Numbered from the stretch's first letter, positions 36,374 to 44,404 are shown. The stretch is DNA of 64,000 nt from Gammaproteobacteria bacterium (GCA_029880545.1 JAOUOD010000007.1:134354-198353); one strand, 5' to 3'. The notes: generated by a model from the sequence alone, not told the origin. A program made the numbers and translations.

Positions 36374-36811
36374 ATGAAGATCGGCTTGCCACTGTTGCTG
36401 GCGGTTATGCTTAACGCCTGCGTATTCACACCGGTAGTGGATGAACGGGTGGTGGATGGCTGCACGCTCAAGACCAAGCGCTGGACCATCAAGACCTGGT
36501 CCGCGGTAACCGAGCGCGATATCAAGGACCAGTGCCGGGGGGATGTCGCGAATGTATTGTGTGCCGTGGCTGCATTGGTAGGAACCGGCACGGCAGTGGT
36601 ATCCGGCATCGTCTCGGGGTCGGTCTACCTGGTTGGCAACAGCGTGCATTGGCTGGAAGCGCAGGGAAAGTGTGATGATGGCCTGCTAAACCGTGCGCGA
36701 AAATCTTTCGCCGATCCGCTCGAAGACGACGGCGCCATTGCAATAAATAATGATGAGCAGCTCAAAATGATTATTCGTGAGAAGTCGCAAACAGGATCTA
36801 TCAGTTTTTGA
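36374..36811 (+). CDS. hypothetical lipoprotein, paralogue 1 of a tandem pair
   Basis: The lipobox is LAVMLNA-C. There is an internal Gly-rich hydrophobic segment (VAALVGTGTAVVSGIVSGSVYLVGN) and the motif HWLEAQGKCDDG. Confidence 0.65.
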   Translation: MKIGLPLLLAVMLNACVFTPVVDERVVDGCTLKTKRWTIKTWSAVTERDIKDQCRGDVANVLCAVAALVGTGTAVVSGIVSGSVYLVGNSVHWLEAQGKCDDGLLNRARKSFADPLEDDGAIAINNDEQLKMIIREKSQTGSISF

Positions 36812-36846
36812 TCGCCCGTGACTGGCGAGCTGATGAAGGGGGAGGT

Positions 36847-37293
36847 ATGAGGGCTTATAGTCTGTTCCGGTATCGCGTGATGAACGTGATCGCGATGATT
36901 GTCCTGGCTGCGTTCTTGAGTGGCTGCCTGTTTGTGCCGGTATCCCAGGAACACCATAACCCTGGATGTGACCTGGTTACCAAGCGCTAGACTGTCGAGA
37001 TCCGTGAAGACGGAGGGCTTATTGGTTGCGGTGGCCACGAGTGTATTGCGGTTCTGCTGGGAGTGGCTGCAGTTTCCGGCGTCGTTTCCGGTTCCATTGC
37101 CCTGGTCGGCAACACCCTGCATTGGCTTGAGACCCAGGGAAAGTGTGATGACGGCATGCTTAAGCGTGCCGCCGATTCCTTTGTCAGGCCACTTAAAGAA
37201 GAGGGTGGCGTGGTCATTGATAGCGAAGAGCAGTTGAAAGAAATAATAAAGGAAAAATCGCCAGATCAGGGCGCGACCGTATCTATCGAATAA
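36847..37293 (+). pseudogene. paralogue 2 of the tandem lipoprotein pair, interrupted by an in-frame TAG
   Basis: The lipobox is AAFLSG-C. A TAG at 36988-36990 sits where paralogue 1 has Trp (TKRWT versus TKR*T). The same frame continues to 37293 and encodes VSGVVSGSIALVGNTLHWLETQGKCDDG, colinear with paralogue 1. Confidence 0.7.
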
Positions 37294-37351
37294 ACCCGGG
37301 AACCATCGTCCCTGCTTTGTGCCATATCATCGACCACGAAGCAGAACGACA

Positions 37352-38082
37352 ATGAACCTTCCCGGCGCATTGGTGCTGGCCGTGCTGTTGCTGCCTGTCA
37401 GTGTGTCGGTGCGGAACAGCAAGTCGGCACCCTGGTGCTGAAATCGGGAACCGGGCGGGGCTTTGTCGAGCTGTATACATCGGAAGGCCGCAGCAGTTGC
37501 CCGCCGGCGGAACGATTCCTGAACGTGTTTACCCGGCACAAGGATCTGTGGCGAACCTGTATTCCGCTGGCGTTTCATGCTGACTCCCGGAACCACCTCG
37601 GCTGGAAAGATGGTCCGCCAGCCCGGCCTGCAACAAACGCCAACGGCGCTATGCGTGCCGACATCCAACCAGTTTTGTTTATACACCGGCCTTTGTTGTC
37701 AACGGGAAGTCTTGGCGACCCGGCCGTTTCAAAACTTCGCCGGCTCCCGGTTCCGCTAACCCGGGATCGCGGAATGTCTCTGTCAGTGGCAAGAAACTTT
37801 CTGCCCGTCTCGATGGCCGCCACCAGGCATCGTCTGGCTGTTGCCATGCCGGGTTTTGACCCGCAATCCAGGACAACCGTTGGCGAGAACCGGGACAGCC
37901 TGGTTCGCCACGATTTTGTTGGTTTGGGCTCGAAGTCGGCAAACGCTGATATCCCAAGCTGGTCGGAGACGTTGCCCGAGTCCGGCATCGCCAACCGGGC
38001 AAGTTGGTTTGCCGCGGTCGCGTGGGTGTCGCGTCCGAATGAGTTGTCGCCGATCCAGCCGATTGCGGGGTACCTGCCGTAA
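37352..38082 (+). pseudogene. DUF1223-family thioredoxin-like gene, decayed by at least 3 frameshifts
   Basis: The signal peptide (37352-37441) is in one frame. FVELYTSEGRSSCPPAE...HLGWKD is in a second frame. ...KRQRRYA...VYTPAFVVNGKSW is in a third frame (from ~37611, stop at 37857-37859). GENRDSLVRHDFVGLG...AVAWV is back in the second frame. The first Cys of the usual GCSSCPP motif is Arg. Confidence 0.7.
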
Positions 38083-38125
38083 AAATGAGCATTTCCCCTG
38101 TTGTTTCTCTAGTAAATCTATATTG

Positions 38126-38268
38126 CTGTATCAAAGTTGTATAAGTATTTCCAAGTTTTTGGCAATCTGTACAATCTTTGTAAAACTATGTTATAAAGCA
38201 ATTTAGAGTATTTCAGCGCGAATCGTCTTGGTATATTGTACAAGTACTGTACAAGTTCTGTCCAAGAG
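38126..38268. promoter_or_regulatory. three clusters of phased 11-bp direct repeats (TGTACAAG core): candidate CarH operator(s) overlapping the operon promoter
   Basis: Cluster C (38236-38268) is TTGTACAAGTA|CTGTACAAGTT|CTGTCCAAGAG. Cluster B (38167-38199) is CTGTACAATCT|TTGTAAAACTA|TGTTATAAAGC. Cluster A (38126-38158) is CTGTATCAAAG|TTGTATAAGTA|TTTCCAAGTTT. An extended -10-like TGgTATATT lies at 38229-38237. Confidence 0.65.
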
Positions 38269-38277
38269 GTAAGTGTC

Positions 38278-39219
38278 ATGAAGCACAAAGACGTAATTAT
38301 TCGCGGCGGTATCGTTGTTTTTGCCTGGTTGTTGGCGGCCTGCGGTACGACAGCCAAATTGTCGGCCGGGATGGATCGGGGTGAAATCGTGCGTTGGCAG
38401 CAAAGCGCGGTAGAAGGAGACCTGAAGGTGACCATGCACTGGGTCATGCCGGTATTACCCGGACCGCACCCGACCCTGATCCTGAATCCCGGCAGGGGGC
38501 AAAACGCAGAGGATTTGCTTGGTGAAGCCGCTCGATTTGCCGGCAATGGCTACCTGGTTGTAGCGCTGGACTATGAGCGCAAGATCCACGGGCAGTTTAC
38601 TACCACCATGTTCCCGTGGCGGCAGCAGGATGACGCCCGCCTGGTGCTGGCGTTGATAAAATCCAACCCGATGGTGGACAGGGATCGCATTGCTGCGGTC
38701 GGCTATTCGCTAGGCGGTGCCCACGCGTTGTTGATGGCGGCCAGCACATCCGGTGATATCAAGGCAGTGGTGACGTATTACCCGATGACGGATTTTCCGG
38801 CATGGCGCGACGAAAAGGAAAAGAGCTGGATCTGGCGCGTGGTGTTCAGTTTCGTGCGTGAGAGCTACAACTCTGAATCGGAGCAGCATAATGATGCTAC
38901 GCACAATGCCTTGCTGGCGCGCTATTCGGCGATCAATTATGCTGATGTCATCCATTCACCGGTTTTGATAATTCATGGTGATGATGATGGTATTGCACCA
39001 CTGGAATATTCGCGCAGGTTGCACAACCGGTTGCGCAGTAACGGCCGCAGTGCAAGTGACCTGCTGGTAGTTAATGGTGGCGACCATGCATTCAATTTCA
39101 AGCCATCAGGCAACACGGAAGAGTCCTGGCGCATTGCGCTTGGCTGGCTTGACCGGCACCTCGAGCCATCGGTCATGGCCATGAATTCGGTTGCAGACAA
39201 GTCGCGCAAATCATTTTAA
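38278..39219 (+). CDS. lipoprotein alpha/beta hydrolase (dienelactone hydrolase / S9-like)
   Basis: The ATG at 38278 follows AGAGG. The signal is VVFAWLLAA-C. Motifs are the nucleophile elbow GYSLGG and IIHGDDDGIAP...GGDHAF. Confidence 0.8.
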   Translation: MKHKDVIIRGGIVVFAWLLAACGTTAKLSAGMDRGEIVRWQQSAVEGDLKVTMHWVMPVLPGPHPTLILNPGRGQNAEDLLGEAARFAGNGYLVVALDYERKIHGQFTTTMFPWRQQDDARLVLALIKSNPMVDRDRIAAVGYSLGGAHALLMAASTSGDIKAVVTYYPMTDFPAWRDEKEKSWIWRVVFSFVRESYNSESEQHNDATHNALLARYSAINYADVIHSPVLIIHGDDDGIAPLEYSRRLHNRLRSNGRSASDLLVVNGGDHAFNFKPSGNTEESWRIALGWLDRHLEPSVMAMNSVADKSRKSF

Positions 39220-39232
39220 CGGAGTATTGAAA

Positions 39233-40111
39233 GTGAGCCAGGAACTGTTTCCCATCCGCACCGTGTCAGAGCTGACCGGGGTCAACTCGGTTACCTTGCG
39301 GGCATGGGAGCGACGCTACGGCCTGATCAAGCCGGCACGAACAGAGTCCGGACATCGGCTGTACAGCGCGGCACATGTTGAACGTATTTTCGAAGTCCTC
39401 GCCTTGCTCGAGAAGGGTGTGTCCATCAGCCAGGTGAAACAGAGTTTCGACTCAAGGGAAGAAAAGCAGCAGGAGCTGGATGTGTTCGCCCGGACCCGGG
39501 ACAAAATGTTTGACGCCGTGACCCGGTTCGATGATGCGACACTGGAGGCGGTTTATACCGGGGCGCTGTCCGAATTTCCTGTCGACATGATTACAGCGAA
39601 CATTATTTTGCCATTGCTGGAACGCCTGGGTGAGCGCTGGCGTGAACAACCCGGTGGTATAGCTGAAGAGCATTTTTTCGGCTTTTATTTGCGCAACAAG
39701 CTGGGTGCCAGATTCCATCATCGCCAGTCACGCGCATCAGGCAAGATGCTGTTGATGAGTTGCCTGCCCGGAGAGCAGCATGATATTGGCCTGTTGCTAT
39801 TTGCCCTGGCTGCCCATGAAACGGGATACCGGGTGACCGTGCTGGGTGCTGACCTGCCACTGACTGAGTTAGAGGCCGCCGCCAGGCGAATTCAGTGTGA
39901 TGCGATAGTGGTGTCCGGTTCCGCAGGCCTGCCGGCCAGCGTCGTGGAGCAGTTGACGGAGTTGATCAGTCGCGTCCAGGTACCCTTGTTTGTCGGGGGT
40001 CGTTTTGCCGTAAGTCATCGCGATGCCATCACAGCAGCCGGCGCTGACGTGCTCGGAAATGACCTGGGTCGAGGACTGGCGATGCTGAGAAAACGGGTAC
40101 CGCCTGAATAG
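39233..40111 (+). CDS. carH: MerR-family, B12-binding light-responsive regulator (CarH/LitR type)
   Basis: The GTG at 39233 lies 8 nt after GGAG. The MerR HTH is IRTVSELTGVNSVTLRAWERRYGL. Wx9EH is WREQPGGIAEEH. The B12-binding ExHxxG is EQHDIG, followed by a Rossmann-like VTVLGADLP...DAIVVSGS. Confidence 0.8.
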   Translation: MSQELFPIRTVSELTGVNSVTLRAWERRYGLIKPARTESGHRLYSAAHVERIFEVLALLEKGVSISQVKQSFDSREEKQQELDVFARTRDKMFDAVTRFDDATLEAVYTGALSEFPVDMITANIILPLLERLGERWREQPGGIAEEHFFGFYLRNKLGARFHHRQSRASGKMLLMSCLPGEQHDIGLLLFALAAHETGYRVTVLGADLPLTELEAAARRIQCDAIVVSGSAGLPASVVEQLTELISRVQVPLFVGGRFAVSHRDAITAAGADVLGNDLGRGLAMLRKRVPPE

Positions 40112-40206
40112 AGTATGGCGGTACTTAAGCTTGCGCTGGCTCAAGAATCCACGCGCGCCAGCCAGATATAGTTTAGACTGGATATAACAACCCTAAAGGG
40201 CGATTT

Positions 40207-41631
40207 ATGGGGCAGGAAATCGCGCACAGTCATTTCCGCAAGCACGACTTTATGGAGTTCGATCAGCGCCTGCGCAAGGAAACCGCGTTGCTCGGAGACG
40301 TTTTCCGTGATCGCGCGTTTGGCGAGACGCATCCGGTAGCCGGGTTTGAAGTGGAGGCGTGGCTGGTGGATCGGAATGGCCTGGCAATTCCTGATAACCC
40401 TCGTTTTCTTGATGCTGTGCACAGCGACCTGGTAACACCGGAACTGGCACGCTTCAATGTCGAGCTCAATGGCATGCCCCTGGCGCTGGCGGGCAAAGCC
40501 CTGTCCGAAATGCAAAACGAATTGGAATGTACCTGGACCCGTTGCCAGCAGGTGGCGTGGCAGGAACTGGACGGCTGCTTGCTGGCGATCGGCATATTGC
40601 CAACTGTGCGTGAGCAATCCCTGGTTTTGGAGAACATGTCCACCATGACCCGTTACCGGGCATTGAATGAGTCGGTGCGCCGCATGCGCAAGGGTGAACC
40701 GATCAAGCTGGAGATACAGGGCAGGGAACTGCTTCGCACCTGGCATGAAGATGTCATGCTGGAGTCGGCGGCAACATCGTACCAGCTGCACTTGCAGGTT
40801 CCGCAGAACCAGGCGCTGCGCGCCTATAACGCGGCCATTATCCTGTCGGCGCCAATGGTGGCCATCAGCGCCAATTCACCCTACCTGTTTGCCCATGACC
40901 TTTGGGATGAAACCCGTATCCCGGTGTTTGAACAGGCTGTTTCGGTAAATACGGAAGACTATGCGCCGCGACAACGGGTTACCTTCGGCAGCGGTTATGC
41001 GAATAACTCCCTGTTCGAATGTTTCGAGGAAAACCTGGCGGAATACCCGATCCTGCTGCCGGAACATCTTGGCGACAATACAGGGGAGTTCCGCCACCTG
41101 CGTCTGCACAATGGCACCGTATGGCGCTGGAACCGGCCGTTAATCGGTTTTGATCGCGAGGGCGTGCCGCACTTGCGCATTGAGCACCGGGTTATGGCGG
41201 CAGGCCCGACCATTGTCGATATGTTTGCCAATGCCGCGCTGTTTTATGGTCTTGCGCAGAGCTTTATGACCATGCCGGCACCGCCGGAATCACGCATACC
41301 GTTCAGTCATGCGCGCACCAATTTTTACCGCGCTGCCCGCGATGGTCTGGATTCACGCTTGCGCTGGTTTGATGGCCATGAAATTTCCGCACCGGAACTG
41401 TTACGGGCGCTGATTCCGCTGGCGCGCGAAGGTATGCACCAGCTGGACATGGACCATGCCGATATAGAGTTGTACCTTGGCATTATCGAAGACCGGCTGG
41501 CGACCGGGCAAAATGGCTGCGCCTGGCAACGTCAGTACGTCTCACGACACGGGCTCGATATGGCCGCCCTGACGCTGGCCTACATGGAGCGGCAAAAGCA
41601 GGGTAGTCCCGTACACGAATGGACGATTTAG
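40207..41631 (+). CDS. glutamate-cysteine ligase family 2 (GCS2/YbdK-like) carboxylate-amine ligase
   Basis: 474 aa. GFEVEAWLVD...ELARFNVELN...SYQLHLQV...SANSPYLF...RIPVFEQ fit the GCS2 family signature blocks as I remember them. Confidence 0.75.
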   Translation: MGQEIAHSHFRKHDFMEFDQRLRKETALLGDVFRDRAFGETHPVAGFEVEAWLVDRNGLAIPDNPRFLDAVHSDLVTPELARFNVELNGMPLALAGKALSEMQNELECTWTRCQQVAWQELDGCLLAIGILPTVREQSLVLENMSTMTRYRALNESVRRMRKGEPIKLEIQGRELLRTWHEDVMLESAATSYQLHLQVPQNQALRAYNAAIILSAPMVAISANSPYLFAHDLWDETRIPVFEQAVSVNTEDYAPRQRVTFGSGYANNSLFECFEENLAEYPILLPEHLGDNTGEFRHLRLHNGTVWRWNRPLIGFDREGVPHLRIEHRVMAAGPTIVDMFANAALFYGLAQSFMTMPAPPESRIPFSHARTNFYRAARDGLDSRLRWFDGHEISAPELLRALIPLAREGMHQLDMDHADIELYLGIIEDRLATGQNGCAWQRQYVSRHGLDMAALTLAYMERQKQGSPVHEWTI

Positions 41632-41655
41632 CCGGATCTTGCAGAGTGAATTGCA

Positions 41656-42690
41656 ATGTTGACTGTTTATGAAAACTTGCCGGATGGGTTACTCGCCTGT
41701 GAAGCGCACGAGCTTCACCAGGTGTTGCCCGGGCCAAGCCTGGTTCATCTTGACGGCCAGCGCCAACAACCGCTGTACGTGTCGGTATTGCTGCATGGTA
41801 ACGAGGCAACCGGCTGGCAGGCGGTGCGCGAAGTACTGAAAAGGTATACAGACACGCAACTGCCGCGAGCGCTGAGTCTGTTCATTGGCAATGTCGAAGC
41901 AGCGGCACAGAACCAGCGCTTTCTTGATCACCAGATGGATTACAACCGCATCTGGAAAACGGTCGATATGGCAGACCAGACCGAAGAGCATAAAATGGCA
42001 CAGCAGGTACTCAAGGCCATGGCCTTGCGTAACCCGTTTGCCGCCATCGATATTCATAATAATACCGGCATCAATCCACATTACGGCTGCGTCAACCGGC
42101 TGGATCACCGGTTCTTGCACCTGGCAACACTGTTCAGTCGTACGGTAGTGTATTTCACGCAACCGGACACAGTGCATTCCCTGGCGTTTGCACCCTTGTG
42201 TCCCTCGGTGACCGTGGAGTGCGGCCAGGCCGGGCAGGCGCACGGTACCGAGCATGCGCGTGATTTTATTGATGCCTGCCTGCGCCTGTCGACAATACCG
42301 GATCACCCGGTGGCACAGCATGACATCGACCTGTTTCATACGGTCGCCATTGCCACGATCCCGGCCGGCATCAGTATTGGTTTTGGTGATGAAGAAAAGC
42401 CGTGCGATGTGCGATTTGTTCGCGACCTGGATCACCTGAATTTTCGTGAACTGCAGCGCGACACCCGTATCGGTTCGGTTGCCGAGGGCGTAAGTCATTG
42501 CGTTGCCGTACACGATGCCAATGGCCATGATGTGACCAATCGCTATTTTGACTGCAGTGATGGCGAGCTCAGGATTGTTACGCCGGTCATGCCGTCCATG
42601 CTGACAGTGAAGGAGAAAGCCATAAGGCAGGATTGTTTGTGTTATCTTATGGAGCGACATCCTGTAGTTAATGGAGTCTATTCCGGGTAG
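41656..42690 (+). CDS. succinylglutamate desuccinylase/aspartoacylase (AstE/AspA) family zinc deacylase
   Basis: 344 aa. LYVSVLLHGNEATGWQAV is the HxxE zinc motif. IDIHNNTG and TVECGQ are typical family blocks. Confidence 0.75.
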   Translation: MLTVYENLPDGLLACEAHELHQVLPGPSLVHLDGQRQQPLYVSVLLHGNEATGWQAVREVLKRYTDTQLPRALSLFIGNVEAAAQNQRFLDHQMDYNRIWKTVDMADQTEEHKMAQQVLKAMALRNPFAAIDIHNNTGINPHYGCVNRLDHRFLHLATLFSRTVVYFTQPDTVHSLAFAPLCPSVTVECGQAGQAHGTEHARDFIDACLRLSTIPDHPVAQHDIDLFHTVAIATIPAGISIGFGDEEKPCDVRFVRDLDHLNFRELQRDTRIGSVAEGVSHCVAVHDANGHDVTNRYFDCSDGELRIVTPVMPSMLTVKEKAIRQDCLCYLMERHPVVNGVYSG

Positions 42691-42835
42691 TGCGCTGCTG
42701 TTGCCGGCTGTTATGTGATTCGGCCGGCCTGTAGCAGCAGAATATTATCAGTGTATGTGAAGGCTATAACGCGCGCTGACAGGAACATCGGGTGTATCAG
42801 TACTTTTAAATAACTATTCTTGCATAGAGGTCAGT

Positions 42836-43393
42836 ATGAAGAAGGTCCTGCCGGTAGTGTTTTTCATGGTGTTCGGTACTGCAACTTTTGCAGCCGAAAA
42901 AGACAGGGATGATTACGAGGTAGCAGTTCAGGATGGGCAGATACATGCCTTGACCGAATCGCTTGATACCAGGGTAAGATTCTCCTACAAGCTGTTGGAG
43001 TCGCTTGAGAAGTCCAAGGGCAAGGATGTCAACGCAGCAAGAGCCGCACTGATTGACAATATCAACAGCAGCCTGTTCACCCTGGGGAATATTATTCAGG
43101 ACATCGAGGAGAAACGTGCCATATCCGATAAACTGATTCCGTATCTGAAAAAGGAAAATGAACGTGGAGACCGTGCATTCGAAAAGATTCTCGGAAAAGA
43201 GAAACACAGGGATATGCATAACAAGGTTGTCACCAGGCAGAAGAAGTTCTGGAGCGATCTGAAAGCGGCGCGGGAAAAGAATCGCTGGAACGAAGCATAT
43301 CTTGACGCCAAGACCAGGGAAGTGATGGAACCCCGGGTCACCGTGGCGCTGGAGGTGCTGGAAAAATATGGCAATATATTCAGGGTTGAGTGA
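42836..43393 (+). CDS. hypothetical secreted helical protein
   Basis: 185 aa. The signal peptide is MKKVLPVVFFMVFGTATFA. The protein is Lys/Glu-rich with coiled-coil-like composition. The region is AT-rich. The antisense ORF 42806..43432 is judged spurious. Confidence 0.6.
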   Translation: MKKVLPVVFFMVFGTATFAAEKDRDDYEVAVQDGQIHALTESLDTRVRFSYKLLESLEKSKGKDVNAARAALIDNINSSLFTLGNIIQDIEEKRAISDKLIPYLKKENERGDRAFEKILGKEKHRDMHNKVVTRQKKFWSDLKAAREKNRWNEAYLDAKTREVMEPRVTVALEVLEKYGNIFRVE

Positions 43394-43440
43394 GTTCCAC
43401 CAGGGAAAATACAACAACAGGGCAATTAACAAGAGGATTT

Positions 43441-43632
43441 ATGGACGGAGAAGTCATCATTCATAGCGGCGGGTATTTTGTCGGCTGGGGCACGCTGGCG
43501 CTGATCAACGCCGTGCTGGCACAAGGCAAGAACCGCAGTGGTCTTGTATGGTTCCTGGTATCGTTGTTCATCGGCCCCTTTGCCACGTTGATTCTTGCGC
43601 TGCTGGACAAGGCTGAGCCGGACAGGAGCTAG
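43441..43632 (+). CDS. hypothetical small membrane protein
   Basis: The ATG at 43441 follows AGAGGA. 63 aa with two hydrophobic segments. Confidence 0.5.
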   Translation: MDGEVIIHSGGYFVGWGTLALINAVLAQGKNRSGLVWFLVSLFIGPFATLILALLDKAEPDRS

Positions 43633-43694
43633 ATTAAATGCAAACCGGTTCTCGCCACTGTATTACAAAGACATAACATAAACGGAGGAGATGC

Positions 43695-43910
43695 ATGGGT
43701 AAAAAATCCAGACAACAGAATTCAATAGCTGGAATCGTACTGATGGTGGTTGGCGGTGGCCTTGCGTTTCTGGGTTACCAGAAATCCGGCGGTCTGCGCT
43801 CGCAATTATCCAGCGCCTTTACCGGCTCGCCCACTGACAAGGTCATGGCACTGTACATTGCCGGCGCCGCGTGTTTCGCCGTGGGTATATACCTGTTTGC
43901 ACGCAAATAA
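43695..43910 (+). CDS. DUF3185 family small membrane protein
   Basis: 71 aa. GGAGG precedes the ATG. IAGIVLMVVGGGLAFLGYQKS...FTGSPTDKVMALYIAGAACFAVGIYLF matches my memory of DUF3185. Confidence 0.8.
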   Translation: MGKKSRQQNSIAGIVLMVVGGGLAFLGYQKSGGLRSQLSSAFTGSPTDKVMALYIAGAACFAVGIYLFARK

Positions 43911-43967
43911 ACCGAACCGGGTCACAAGAGTTGGAACGCCAGGTCGGGCAACCAAAGGAGGGGCAGG

Positions 43968-44366
43968 ATGCTGAAGAAAGCCAAGCGCAGGACCGCCAAA
44001 AAACCACTGTTGACTGCATCGGGCAAGAAGCAGCCAAAAGCCAGGAAAAAGGCTGCAAAAAAGACAGCCAAAACCTTGGGCAAAAAAACAGCGGGAGGCA
44101 AAACCGGATTTATCCTGGCCGAGAATGGCTTGCTTGTTCCGACCAGTACCGCCGCGCCGGTACCGGCCAGCAAGTTGCGGGAAGGCTTCAAAAAAGCCAG
44201 CAAGGAGATCGACGCCATTGTTGAAGAAATCACCGGTAGCATGACTCATGATTTCAGTATCAGCGAGATTGAGTTATCAGCCAGCTTCAGTGCCGACGGC
44301 AAGTTCCTGGGTATCGGTGTCGGCGGCGCGGCGACGATTCGGATAAAAATCAAACCATCCGCGTAA
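43968..44366 (+). CDS. Lys/Ala-rich (histone H1-like tail) protein with small C-terminal beta-rich domain
   Basis: 132 aa. GGAGGGG precedes the ATG. The N-terminal ~50 aa are KKAKRRTAKK...KKQPKARKKAAKKTAKTLGKK. The C-terminus is FSISEIELSASFSADGKFLGIGVGGAATIRIKIKP. Confidence 0.65.
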   Translation: MLKKAKRRTAKKPLLTASGKKQPKARKKAAKKTAKTLGKKTAGGKTGFILAENGLLVPTSTAAPVPASKLREGFKKASKEIDAIVEEITGSMTHDFSISEIELSASFSADGKFLGIGVGGAATIRIKIKPSA

Positions 44367-44404
44367 ACAAACGCTCACAGTTCAATTATTTAATTAATAC
44401 TCTT

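Noticed and set aside
40141-42660. Long minus-strand ORFs 40141..40791 and 41689..42660.
   Set aside because: They lie antisense to the GCS2 ligase and AstE-like genes, which carry family motifs. They have no motifs of their own.
42806-43432. A 208-aa minus-strand ORF opposite 42836..43393.
   Set aside because: The plus-strand product has a clear signal peptide and a plausible Lys/Glu-rich composition. The minus-strand product is the Phe/Leu-rich mirror image with no start context.
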